Positions 39,721 through 49,598 of a DNA stretch of 64,000 nt are shown one piece after another; position 1 is the first letter of the stretch; every line of letters starts with the position of its first letter. The position numbers and the translations under genes were made by a program. The notes under the pieces were generated by a model. That model was not told the DNA's origin. It was given only the letters and a program-made list of their open reading frames with translations, and did no database searches. The DNA comes from Candidatus Bathyarchaeota archaeon (lineage in GTDB: Archaea > Thermoproteota > Bathyarchaeia > Bathyarchaeales > Bathycorpusculaceae). The stretch is taken from contig CAVZPM010000001.1 in assembly GCA_963777155.1 (NCBI GenBank), positions 128,001-192,000 on the forward strand, given 5' to 3'.

Positions 39721-40998
39721 TTATTTGTGTCTTTTTCTTAGTGCAATGACTGCGACGGCAACGATGATTAGTGCTATTGCGGCTGCGGCGATTATGTAGT
39801 AAGTTGTGGTTGAGGTTAATGTGCCGCTGGTGCCTTCGTTTTGCCCAACTGCATAGAATGTGCCATCGTAAGCGCCAAAATATGCTACGCCATTGACAAC
39901 CGCTGGTGATGAGTAGACGTTACCATTTGTTTGGTAACTCCAGATTTCGTTGCCATTTTGTGCATTGACTGCGTAGGTTGTGTTGCTCAATGTGGCGGTG
40001 AAGTAGACTGTATTGCCTATAACTGCCGGGGCTGTTGTGATTCCTCCATTAGCTGTGAAAGTCCATTTCTGGTTGCCATTAGCTGCGTCTAAAGCGTAGA
40101 GTTTAAAGTTGAAAGCGCCGCCGGTGTAGACTACACCGTTAGCCACTGCTGGGGAAGCCTGAACGCATTGATCATAGCCGGTTTCAACTTTCCAGATTAA
40201 AGCGCCAGTGTCAGCGTTTAATGCGTAAGTATTGTTGTCAAAGCTACCGACGAAAACTTTGCCATCAGCGACTGCTGGTGAAGACGCCGCAACGCTTTGT
40301 GTAGCAAACTCCCATTTTTTGGCGCCTGTCGATATATCCAAAGCATAAACCTTTTTGTCGTAGGAGCCAAAGTAAACTACGCCATTTGCTACAGCTGGAG
40401 CTGCAGTTACAAGACCTCCGGTTGTAAAGTTCCAAAGGGGCATACCTGTTGGGGCGTCAATCGCCCACAGTTTATGATCGTTTGAACCCACGTACACCAC
40501 TCCGTTTGAAACCGTTGGGGAACCTTCCGCATAGCTACCGGTAACGCATTTCCATATGAAGGCACCTGTCGTTGCGTTCAATCCATAGACTGCAAAATCA
40601 TCGGACGCGAAGAAAACCATGCCGTTCTCGACCGCTGGAGCACCGTAGATTTTGGCTGGAACTGAGAAGTTCCAGATTTTTGTGCCGTCTTTTGCGTTTA
40701 ATGCGTAGATGTTGTTGTTGGAGGTGTTGAGGTGGAAGCCTTTGTCGGAAGCGGTAAAGTAGACTACGTCGTTGACGACTGCTGGGGATGTTAACACCCA
40801 ACCGCCGTTTACTATTGGGAAAGTCCAGAGGGTTTGGTTAGTGTTTGGTCCTTCCGTGTTTGCGTATCCAGTATGCGCTATGTCTCTGTGGAACATGGGC
40901 CAAGAATCATCAGATTGAGCGTTTACGGATAGAGATAATGAAATAAAAAGCGATAAACAAAGGATTGATAGAGTTATTAGAGCTAAAAACTTCTTCAT
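39721..40998 (-). CDS. Membrane-anchored PQQ-like beta-propeller repeat protein
   Basis: Signal peptide, WPMFHRD, SSPAVxNGVVY repeats, C-terminal TM and RKRHK. Confidence 0.9.
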   Translation of the reverse strand: MKKFLALITLSILCLSLFISLSLSVNAQSDDSWPMFHRDIAHTGYANTEGPNTNQTLWTFPIVNGGWVLTSPAVVNDVVYFTASDKGFHLNTSNNNIYALNAKDGTKIWNFSVPAKIYGAPAVENGMVFFASDDFAVYGLNATTGAFIWKCVTGSYAEGSPTVSNGVVYVGSNDHKLWAIDAPTGMPLWNFTTGGLVTAAPAVANGVVYFGSYDKKVYALDISTGAKKWEFATQSVAASSPAVADGKVFVGSFDNNTYALNADTGALIWKVETGYDQCVQASPAVANGVVYTGGAFNFKLYALDAANGNQKWTFTANGGITTAPAVIGNTVYFTATLSNTTYAVNAQNGNEIWSYQTNGNVYSSPAVVNGVAYFGAYDGTFYAVGQNEGTSGTLTSTTTYYIIAAAAIALIIVAVAVIALRKRHK

Positions 40999-41172
40999 AA
41001 AAACCAACTTGTTATAATATAATGAGTTTGTTTTCGAATTTATACATTACCCCTTAAAAGTTCGGGCTTTCTTTGTATGGTTCTAAAAACTGGAACATAA
41101 TGTTCGAATGCTTGGTGCTAAATAACTAACCCCCTCTACTGTCTAACCAGAAAACCTAAACCGAGGAAAAAA

Positions 41173-41553
41173 ATGATGAAAACAAACTTAATCGTTACAT
41201 CTCTGTTAGCAGTAGTTCTTCTTAGCGGCGCTTTCTTTTCTTTAGCAGCGGCACAAGACAATGATGTCCCTCCAGATCCTACAGCGGTACCAGATCCATC
41301 TTCAATTGACTCCAGCGATAATTCAACAATAACCCAAGACGACAATGCAGTGTTATACACCATACAGGATAACAGCACAGCATCCCAACGTGAGCCAGCC
41401 CCTGAAGTTCCAGGTGCAGAAGACACAAACCTCATCGCTACTCAAACCCACTCTGACAACACTTTGCCAATTTTAGCCGGCGCGATAATTATAGTCGTAG
41501 TTGCATGTGCCTTAGGCTTTTTCGGTTGGCGCAAAAAATTCGCAAAGGCGTAA
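41173..41553 (+). CDS. Small secreted acidic protein with C-terminal TM anchor
   Basis: Signal peptide, D/P/S-rich body, TM and WRKK. Confidence 0.75.
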   Translation: MMKTNLIVTSLLAVVLLSGAFFSLAAAQDNDVPPDPTAVPDPSSIDSSDNSTITQDDNAVLYTIQDNSTASQREPAPEVPGAEDTNLIATQTHSDNTLPILAGAIIIVVVACALGFFGWRKKFAKA

Positions 41554-41677
41554 ATCTACCACCTTTATTTTTTTTATGATTTGGTTGTTGGGTGGGTACA
41601 GTCACATATTTTAATTAACCCTCAACTTGCTCAATTACTCTATTAAACAGCTTAGTGCTTGCTGGAGGTGAATTGTT

Positions 41678-41842
41678 TTGGGAGACGACAAAAAAAACTT
41701 GAAAAGAACTGCACCCCGTGTTACTGTGCCAAAACCGGAGATGACTAAGGATAAGAAGTTCAAGTGCCCGATTGATCAAGAGGTTTATGATAACAAGGCA
41801 GACTTTGAGGCACACTGCAAAGAAGAACACGATGTCCTTTAA
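41678..41842 (+). CDS. Small C2H2-like zinc-finger protein (54 aa, not in ORF track)
   Basis: GGAGGTGA then TTG; MGDDKKNLKRTAPRVTVPKPEMTKDKKFKCPIDQEVYDNKADFEAHCKEEHDVL*. Confidence 0.7.
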   Translation: MGDDKKNLKRTAPRVTVPKPEMTKDKKFKCPIDQEVYDNKADFEAHCKEEHDVL

Positions 41843-42006
41843 AACGACAAACTAATCTTCTTTTTCTAATATAGATTAGAACTATTTGGGGGCGTTGAGC
41901 GCTACCTTATAGCTTCATCTATTTTTGAGTCACGTTTTGTTTTTGTGACTTCTTTGAATAATTCGAGGCACTCTTCTTTAGTTGGTTGAACTAGTTATGT
42001 ACACAA

Positions 42007-42780
42007 TTATAGGGTTGATGTATTGTCACTCAGTAAGTCAAGGCTCTTTCTAGCGTTAAAAACAACAAACACCGAGTTTCTAAGGTACCTTCCCATCAAC
42101 GAAACCAAACCTGCCGCGTTAGTTCCAAGTTTACAAGTAAGCGCATGCTCAAACATACCTAAAACTTCTACATCAATCACGTCTCGGGTTAACCTTGTCC
42201 GCTCAAGTACACTCTCGATGGTTTCTTTTGAGGCTCCCAAAATAATTAGCCTATCCAAAAGTGACTGTTGCCATGCATGAAGTTTTTCAGCTTGCCCTGC
42301 CGATAACTCTGCCTGCAACACATCGCCCTCTTGGGAAACAGGTTTAATACTTAAAGGTGATCGCTCTGCGAAACCGTAGCCTTCAGCGAGTTTCTTCAAA
42401 TCCATCTCTTTGCCTTCCACAAGCTGTGTCTGCAAACTAGCCAAAGACACCGTTGCGAAGACGGTTTGTGGCTCAAAAATCCCCACATCCACAACCAATT
42501 CTTGCTTAACCAAATCAACTTTAGATATGTACCCTTTTAGGATCGGTTGGTTTTTTGCGTTTTCAAGGCTTGTTGGGCAGGTGCCTATTTGCTTGTTGAT
42601 GTAGCTGACTGCTATAGCTTCGTCTTCACCTGACAGTGATACCTGAACCCACCTGTTAGCTGAGTTAGTTAGCGTTTTCACTTCTACGTCTAATTCTTCA
42701 AACTGCGTTTTCAACAGTTCATCTATCTGTTTTACTTGCCCAAAGTTCATTGCTTTAATTAGTAATGTTAAGGTGGTCAT
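42007..42780 (-). CDS. DUF2110-like archaeal protein
   Basis: GEDE, VDVG, CKLGTNAAGL; usual position after tfe and HD gene. Confidence 0.7.
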   Translation of the reverse strand: MTTLTLLIKAMNFGQVKQIDELLKTQFEELDVEVKTLTNSANRWVQVSLSGEDEAIAVSYINKQIGTCPTSLENAKNQPILKGYISKVDLVKQELVVDVGIFEPQTVFATVSLASLQTQLVEGKEMDLKKLAEGYGFAERSPLSIKPVSQEGDVLQAELSAGQAEKLHAWQQSLLDRLIILGASKETIESVLERTRLTRDVIDVEVLGMFEHALTCKLGTNAAGLVSLMGRYLRNSVFVVFNARKSLDLLSDNTSTL

Positions 42781-43307
42781 GGTTTGTTGCCTAGTAGACT
42801 TGTTATTTCTTCGTTTAGCTTTCTAACTCTTTCTGCTGCATCGACCTTGTTTTCTTTCTGCAACCTTTTAATCTCCAATTCAATTGGAACCCTTTTTGAG
42901 TGGTCGATAAGTTTGTCAGCATAAGAGACAATTTTCTCTTCCAGCGTTTGCGGAGAGTAGCCGTCTTTTGGCCAACCAAACCGTTTGGCTTCCTCAGCCG
43001 TGATTCCTCCGCCAACATGCCGTTTAATTATGTTGATCACAGATTCTGGCAAGCCGATGGATTTAGCCATTTGTGCCCCGACAAGACCATGGTCGACGGT
43101 GTGATTTTTTGAGCGTCCAAGATCATGCAGAAGCGCACCTGCTTCGACAAGTTCAAGGTTAACTTTGAGTCCTTTAGCCACGAGTATTTTTGCTGTTTCC
43201 AAGGCTAAGTCTGCAACTGCTACGCAGTGGTTTATGACTTGGGGAGGACAGTGGTTTTTGTGAAGGAGTTCGATTGCTTGCTCCCGATTGGGAAGCAGGC
43301 TACTCAC
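42777..43307 (-). CDS. HD domain protein (TIGR00295-like)
   Basis: HC, LLHDLGR, H..GA, RHVGGG, EEKIVSYAD. Confidence 0.88.
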   Translation of the reverse strand: MSSLLPNREQAIELLHKNHCPPQVINHCVAVADLALETAKILVAKGLKVNLELVEAGALLHDLGRSKNHTVDHGLVGAQMAKSIGLPESVINIIKRHVGGGITAEEAKRFGWPKDGYSPQTLEEKIVSYADKLIDHSKRVPIELEIKRLQKENKVDAAERVRKLNEEITSLLGNKP

Positions 43308-43812
43308 CCAGTTCCTTCCTTAAGATCTCAACTTTCTCGGAGAGCTTGTCTATCATGTTTTCGTTTTCAAAATGCACTAGGTTTTTGCCGCATGTGGAAC
43401 AGTGAAAAACAAGTTCAACAGCTTCTTCAAATGGAACCCGTTTGCATTCTTGGCTGTCACAGAAGTAGAAGTCATGGTTTTTTTCGTATTCCAATCTGAC
43501 GTTGAGTTTTTCTAAAACACGTCTTTTCTGGCTTAGAATGAAACCTTCAAGTTGGTCTGGTTGAAGTTTCCAGTGGAAAATAAACCATCCTGTCTTGGGG
43601 TCACGTGTCCTTCTTAGACTTACAAGAGAGTGGTCGTAGAGTTTGTAGAGGATTTTGCGGACTGAGTTAAGGCGGATCCCCGTCTTATTTGCGATTTCAT
43701 CATCCGTAATTTCTTCAACACCCTTTAGATGCGCGATAAGTTGAACTGCTTCTTCTCCACCTAACGCCAAAGCCACTTTGGTTAAGGTTGAATCATCAAT
43801 AGTCGATAACAT
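43300..43812 (-). CDS. tfe: Transcription factor E alpha
   Basis: TDDEIA..VRKILYKL, GWF.F.W, Zn ribbon. Confidence 0.93.
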   Translation of the reverse strand: MLSTIDDSTLTKVALALGGEEAVQLIAHLKGVEEITDDEIANKTGIRLNSVRKILYKLYDHSLVSLRRTRDPKTGWFIFHWKLQPDQLEGFILSQKRRVLEKLNVRLEYEKNHDFYFCDSQECKRVPFEEAVELVFHCSTCGKNLVHFENENMIDKLSEKVEILRKELGE

Positions 43813-43877
43813 ACTCTAATGTTCCTTTTAGTACCCCTAATTATGGAACTTGCTGCAATAAAACTCTTCTTGCAACA

Positions 43878-44468
43878 TTAAGGAAAATTCACGTTGCTCT
43901 TTATTTGCTTACCCCGCTCTTTTGGAACAATCTCAATCTTAGCTTTCTCAAAAGGTTTAGCCAGTTCTTGGCCTTCAAAATAGCGGTCCAAAAAAATCGC
44001 CAAAGCAGAACACTCCGAATGAGGCTGATTCCCCACAGCCACGTTAAAATCCGAAACTTCGCCCGAGTAAAACTCACCAGGAACTTTTTGACTTCCCACA
44101 AGCAACATCACAGGTTTGCCAGCAGCTTTTATTCGGGTCATGACATCGCTTGATTGAATATTCTCGCCATAAGCCGTTAAATGCACGATTACTCCATCCT
44201 TTATTTTCCATTCGCGGACTGCTCGTTTCCAAGGCGTTCCCATTTCAAATTGGAAGTTTCCACCCCATGCCTTAGTTATTTTAGTTACTGTTTCTTGTAT
44301 GTGGGCATCTTCGACGTCGGCTAAGATGAAGCCTGAAGCACAAAGAGCCCGAGAAGTCAAAGCAACATGCGTGGTTAGCCGTACATCCCTTTGTGGTCGG
44401 TGTCCCCATCGTAGCACAAAAATTTGGGGTATGACATCAGGTTGCTGAGGTGATTTGGAATTTTCCAT
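43878..44468 (-). CDS. trm56: tRNA (cytidine56-2'-O)-methyltransferase
   Basis: GHRPQRD.R.TTHVAL, HLTAYG, GSQKVP, NQPHSE; true start may be near 44437. Confidence 0.93.
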   Translation of the reverse strand: MENSKSPQQPDVIPQIFVLRWGHRPQRDVRLTTHVALTSRALCASGFILADVEDAHIQETVTKITKAWGGNFQFEMGTPWKRAVREWKIKDGVIVHLTAYGENIQSSDVMTRIKAAGKPVMLLVGSQKVPGEFYSGEVSDFNVAVGNQPHSECSALAIFLDRYFEGQELAKPFEKAKIEIVPKERGKQIKSNVNFP

Positions 44469-45724
44469 TTAAATCTTCCACTTTCCTCTTTGCTTGCTCA
44501 GTTATGGATGGGGTGGCTTCAAAATCAACTTCTACAGAATCGTTGGTGAAGTTTTCTTTTTGGATGTGGGCTTTTTGGTGAACCCATGATATGAATGGCA
44601 TGGTTTGGGGTGTTAATGGAACGACAAATTTGGCTTGCTGATAGTTTTCAAGGATTCTTAGAATTTGTTTTCTTAGCTCATCAAGGTTTGTTTGGCATTT
44701 AGCGGATAGTAAGATTGGGTTTTTGACTTTGTCTTTTAGGGCTTCAAGTTTTTGTTGCCGCTCTTCCGGGGTTAGTTTGTCAATTTTGTTTAAGGCAGTT
44801 ATGGTGGGTATGCCACAGGCTCCAAGCCGTTCTATTGTTTCTAGACAAACGTTGTTTTTCTTCTCGATTGTTTCTAAAGGTTCGTTTAAGTCTACAAGAA
44901 GTATTATCAGGTCAGAAAAGATAGTTTCTTCAAGGGTTGAATGAAACGCTTCTATAAGTGCGAGGGGTAAGCGGTCGATGAAGCCGACGGTGTCGGTTAT
45001 TAGGAATTTGCGGTTAGAAAACTCTACCATGCGCGTCGTTGTTGAAAGTGTTGTAAATAAGGCGTTGTCCACTTCGACTGTGTCTTGGGTTAAGGCGTTG
45101 AAGAGGGAGCTTTTTCCAGCGTTAGTGTATCCTGCAAGCGAAATAGTGAGAAAACCAAGCTCGGTTCTTCTCTCCCTTTGAAGAACCCTTTTTTCTCGTA
45201 CTCTCTGGAGCTTTTTGAGTATGGTTTGAACTTGGCGTTTTATGGCATCGCGGTAAACGTCTGCTTCGTAAGCTCCTAAACCCATGAAGCCCGGTTGTTC
45301 GCTTCCTTTGGATAAACGCACTTTTTCCCGTGCATGTTTGAGTTCATTTCGCACCATCGCGAGCTGGATTTGCAGTTGCGCCTCAGTTGTGGTGGCTCTT
45401 TTGTTAAATAGTTCTAAAATGAGTGCAAAGCGGTCGATGACTTCGACTTTTGTAGCTTTTGCGAGGTTGTATGTTTGTATTGTGCGGAGTTGATTGTCAA
45501 AAATTACTTTGCCAGCACCCGTTTCCGAGACCATTCGGGCAAGTTCTTCAACTTTACCCGCGCCAATCTGGTAGCGTGAGTCAGGTGGACGCGTTTGCTC
45601 CATAGAGCCGACAATGGTGTAGCCAGCGGCCTGCGCTAATGCTTTAAGTTCATCTAAACTCGATTCTTCACGGTTTAGGCGGCGTTGCGCTATGATGGCT
45701 TTCGTTTTTTGGGCGCCTCCCCAC
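44437..45724 (-). CDS. hflX: GTPase HflX (start uncertain: GTG 45724 with one extra G, or ACG 45705)
   Basis: GYTNAGKSS, FTTL, DTVGFI, NKID; frame open upstream of 45603 through KAIIAQRR...ELKALAQAAGY. Confidence 0.92.
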
Positions 45725-46259
45725 TTTTCTCCTTGAACTCGACGAGGTCACCTAAAGTCATCTCTTCATTTCCCACCCTGTGAACCTGAGTAGTAGATTT
45801 TTCTTCAGCAATAGGCACCATCAACTGGATTCTGAGGGCATGCTCAAGTTTGCTAGCTAGCAAGTTATTGGGAGCGACTCTGCCAGTTTCAATGTGTCTG
45901 AGTAATGAAGCTTTTTCGTTGATTTTTTTGCCTAAATCCTCGTGGCTTAGGGCAAGTTTTTCTCTTGCGACTCGAATCTTGCCCGCGTACCCTTCGGTGA
46001 GTTCCGTGGATAGTTTCACTTGGGCAACGGGCGGTTTTTTCTGAAGGGTTGGTATGTGTATTGTTGATTTGGTTGAAGATGAGGCTGGATGAGTGAATCC
46101 GGTGGCGGTGGTTTTCTGCGGAGCAGGGAAATCCGCTACTTCATGAAGGATAACTTTTCCATGTTTGGAACATTCTAAACAAACGGTTAATCTGGCTCCT
46201 TCGATAACTGCCTTTACTGGTTCATCGTGGATTTTGCGTCCGCACACTTCACATCTCAA
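45690..46259 (-). CDS. mbf1: Archaeal multiprotein bridging factor 1
   Basis: CEVCG...C..C Zn ribbon, IRVARE HTH, TLGD. Confidence 0.92.
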   Translation of the reverse strand: MRCEVCGRKIHDEPVKAVIEGARLTVCLECSKHGKVILHEVADFPAPQKTTATGFTHPASSSTKSTIHIPTLQKKPPVAQVKLSTELTEGYAGKIRVAREKLALSHEDLGKKINEKASLLRHIETGRVAPNNLLASKLEHALRIQLMVPIAEEKSTTQVHRVGNEEMTLGDLVEFKEKSGEAPKKRKPS

Positions 46260-46341
46260 GAAACGTTCACCTTTTAACTGTCTTTATAATCTTGATATGT
46301 TTATACTTGTCGAAACAACACACCCTGAACGATGATGACGC

Positions 46342-46809
46342 ATGGAAAACAACTTGGGCAAAGTTAGAAGCATAGCTGACTACCAATTTGGAAAAGGCGT
46401 AGGTGCACAGCTGTTTCCGGATAACATAGAAATCCAGTATTCGCCAAGAACAGGCAGAATACGCTACATCACCCTAAACGGGGAACGGTTAGCTACCCTG
46501 CGTCCAACAGATGGGTTGCTTTCTCTTAGCCTAAAAGCTGCAGAGTTCATGGCTCACAACACACCCTTTGCCAAATGTTTTGTCACCGTGCAAAACGGCG
46601 TTTCCAAGTACATTGCTGAAGGAGGAGATGTTTTTGCCGTTCACGTTGTTAAGGTTGACGAGGAAATTGGCGCCAAAGATGAAGTCATCGCCATCGACGA
46701 AAACGGACAGGTTCTGGCGGTTGGACGTGCTACCCTTTCAAGTCGAGAAATGAAGGCTTTTAAAACAGGCGTAGCCGTCAAGACCAGACACGGCATTAAG
46801 GAAAGTTAA
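46342..46809 (+). CDS. Pre-PUA/PUA RNA-binding protein
   Basis: ADYQFG, TGRIR, G.DVFA.HV, GVAVKTR. Confidence 0.88.
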   Translation: MENNLGKVRSIADYQFGKGVGAQLFPDNIEIQYSPRTGRIRYITLNGERLATLRPTDGLLSLSLKAAEFMAHNTPFAKCFVTVQNGVSKYIAEGGDVFAVHVVKVDEEIGAKDEVIAIDENGQVLAVGRATLSSREMKAFKTGVAVKTRHGIKES

Positions 46810-46938
46810 GTTTGAAAGCTGTTCTTTTTGATTTCAATACAATAGGGTAATTCACTTCCTAAGTGGGCTGATGCGTTCGTCCTGAATCAAATCTGGGTAG
46901 ATTTTAAATAGATAGAATAATGGACTATACAATTAGGG

Positions 46939-47280
46939 TTGAAGATTATGCTGTTTAAGCATAAGAGCGTTGTAAAAGTGGACATGGGAGATTTGGACGC
47001 TGAGAAAACGAACCTAGCAAATTTCTTGAACAGCCAATTCAAGCTGAATTCATCGATAACTTCTAGAGGCTTGGAACTAAATATGGACGATGCCCAGACT
47101 TATGCATTGGTAACAATGGTAAAGAAATTTATTTATCACAAGAATCTAAACACCACGCATTGGGTTAATGCGGAAAATAACGTCGTCAAAATCAATAGGT
47201 TCAAGGGCACCGCTAAGAAAAAAGAAAAACACGACAAAGGCGCATCCCATCAGAGCATTTCACAAACCTGGGGACTATAG
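46939..47280 (+). CDS. Ribosomal protein eL22-like protein
   Basis: LANFL..., LVTMVKKFIYHKNL...WV pattern resembling the eL22 core; basic tail; start may be ATG 46948. Confidence 0.5.
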   Translation: MKIMLFKHKSVVKVDMGDLDAEKTNLANFLNSQFKLNSSITSRGLELNMDDAQTYALVTMVKKFIYHKNLNTTHWVNAENNVVKINRFKGTAKKKEKHDKGASHQSISQTWGL

Positions 47281-47368
47281 AACACAATTAATGTTACATT
47301 CTCTTAGGTGTAAATGAATCCCGACCGAGTGGAGACATAATCCGAATTTCCATTTTTCTCGCTGAGTG

Positions 47369-48831
47369 TTAAGCCTTTCTTTCTCGTCGTCTTTTTTTAA
47401 GAACAAATAAAATCGCACCTGTTGACGCGAAAGCAACAGCTATTATGATTGCATAAAGGAGCGGTGAATTTTCTAAAGACGGATGGTTTTGGCGTTGATG
47501 TTCCTTGCTGCGAAGGCGAAGAAAGCGGTGATTGACTTGGAATTGGACTTGAAGGAGGGCTGGGCGTAGGAGTAGGTGTTGACGAGGAGGGTTGCGTTGG
47601 GTTTGGCGAAGGGGTTGAAGATGGGTTTGGAGAAGGAGACTCTGGAACAACATTGGCCCTAAGAACATAGATTTTTCCGTCAAGAGAACAGAAGTAAAGC
47701 TCTTTATTCTCATCTACTCCGAACGAAGAAATATTGAGATTCGTATCAGACAATAAAGTATTCACAGGCATTGCAACTCCATCGTACTGGAGCGCCCAAA
47801 CCTTGCCCGACCCGTAATCGCCATAGATATACTTAGAGTTGAGCTCTGGCAAAGTTGAGCCATGGTACACGTAGCCACCGATAACGGCAATGCCTTCCGC
47901 GTGACTGTACTCCCACACAGGCAATTCCAGTCCAACCTGACTTCCACTGGAATAAGTTAAAGTGCCTTCCATAATGTTCCAACCATAGTTCTTGCCCTTT
48001 CCCACGATGTCTATTTCCTCCATCTGGTCTTGCCCAACATCTGCAACCCAAAGCCTTCCAGTCGGTGAATCGAAGCTAAATCGCCAGGGGTTGCGGAAAC
48101 CGTAAGCATAAATCTCCTCTTTGTACCCTAAAGCGTTGCCAAAATAGGGGTTGTCTGCAGGTATGCTGTAGTTTCGTCCTTGTGAAGGCGAATCAACGTT
48201 TATGCGCAAGATTTTGCCCAAAAGCGTCGAGCGGTTCTGAGCGTTTCCAAAGGGGTCGCCACCTGAACCGCCATCACCTAACCCTATGTAGAGGTATCCG
48301 TCGTCTCCAAAAGCAATTTGGCCGCCTTTATGGTTAGAAAAGGGTTGATTTACCTCAAGCAGGACTAATTCGCTATTGCTCAATGCTTGGTTAGGATTGT
48401 TTGGGGAGACTGTGTATCTGGCAATAACTGTTCGACGTGGATTATCGGCAACATAGTCAACATAGAAATATCCATTTTCCTTGTAGTTAGGGTGGAAGGC
48501 AAGACCTAAAAGTCCTTGTTCGCCGCCAAACAAAACCTGAGTGCTTATGTCGAGAAAAACAGTTGATTCTGCAACGGTTTGGGAGTTCTCAAACACACGA
48601 ATAACCCCTGCCTGCTCAATCACAAAAAGCCTATTTGTTCCATCACCGGGGGAAACTATTCCGACTGGCTGGTTAAAGACCAGTTTGGGGAAGGCCAAAT
48701 CAGCCGAGTACGAGCTTTGATTTTGTCCCGAAAGGTTAGGAATCTTCCAAGAAAGAAAAAGGGCGCCAAAGCTCAAAACTACAATGAGGAATATGGCAAA
48801 ACCGAGACGATTCCGAGTGATATTTTTTCAT
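47369..48831 (-). CDS. Membrane-anchored glucose/sorbosone (PQQ-type) dehydrogenase (extra bases at ~48825 and ~47476)
   Basis: EQGLLGLAFHP, NHKGG, GDGG, GKILRI, GFRNPWR; signal and C-terminal TM restored by removing one base at each site. Confidence 0.88.
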
Positions 48832-49060
48832 CTCTAAATAATTTATGAAAAGAGCATTACTTGAAGATTCCGAAGACGCTGCAACCACATTTCCCTTACT
48901 TTTATTCATATCATATGTCCGAGTAACTTTTTTTCAAGTTGAGTTTTGTGGGTCCAGCGATGTATTTTCAATTACTTTGTTTTGACTAAAATCAAAAGAA
49001 CTCGTTGGGAAAGTTAAGTATATCAAGTTCTAGAGCAGAATAACTGTAGGTGTAATCTTT

Positions 49061-49430
49061 ATGCATAGACGCATGAATCCTCGAGAGCAAAAACGCATGA
49101 TGCAACGGATGGGCATGAACATGGATTCCGTTGCCGATGTCCAGCAAGTCATCATTCGAACAGCCGACAAAGACATAGTTATCGACGAGCCTGAAGTGGC
49201 TATTCTGCAGGTTCAGGGACAAAAAATGTACCAAGTCATAGGTGGACAAGTCAGCGAACAAGCCCCCTCACAACGAGGAGCAACCTGCAGCAGCCGCTAA
49301 ACCCACCTTCAACGAAGAAGACGTGCAACTCGTCGCAGACCAAACCGGCAAAAGCCTCGAGAAAGCCAAAGAAGCCCTCCAAGAATGCGGAGGCGACTTG
49401 GCAAAAGCAATTCTGCTGCTTCAGTCCTAA
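49061..49430 (+). CDS. nac: Nascent polypeptide-associated complex protein (one extra base at ~49282)
   Basis: MNPR...MM.RMG NAC domain; UBA-like EEDVQLVA.Q...GDLAKAI in next frame. Confidence 0.92.
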
Positions 49431-49507
49431 ATCTTCTTTTTGATTTCCAACCTATTTACCTCTTGCTAGAGACACTTGTTCTTGGTTAGTCAAGTAACCT
49501 GTCAAAT

Positions 49508-49563
49508 AGTGTTCCAGTTTGGAACAACCCACTTGTTGATTGTTCCTTGAATAGAACTATAAG
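49508..49563 (+). promoter_or_regulatory. TGTTCC-N5-GGAACA palindrome, GTTC-N8-GAAC box and TATA
   Basis: AGTGTTCCAGTTTGGAACA, then TGTTCCTTGAATAGAAC-TATAAG; related copies at 52023 and 54553. Confidence 0.6.
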
Positions 49564-49598
49564 CTGTTGCCTCTGTTAATTATTTAGATGATAGGAAA

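Noticed and set aside
36088-41600. Integrated element at tRNA-Val
   Set aside because: No integrase and no duplicated tRNA 3' end found by eye
41901-41993. Open stretch LVQPTKEECLELFKEVTKTKRDSKIDEAIR on minus strand
   Set aside because: No start codon; at most a 3' remnant
46325-46338. CTGA-ACG-ATGATGA possible K-loop before PUA gene
   Set aside because: Sits at about the predicted transcription start with no closing stem
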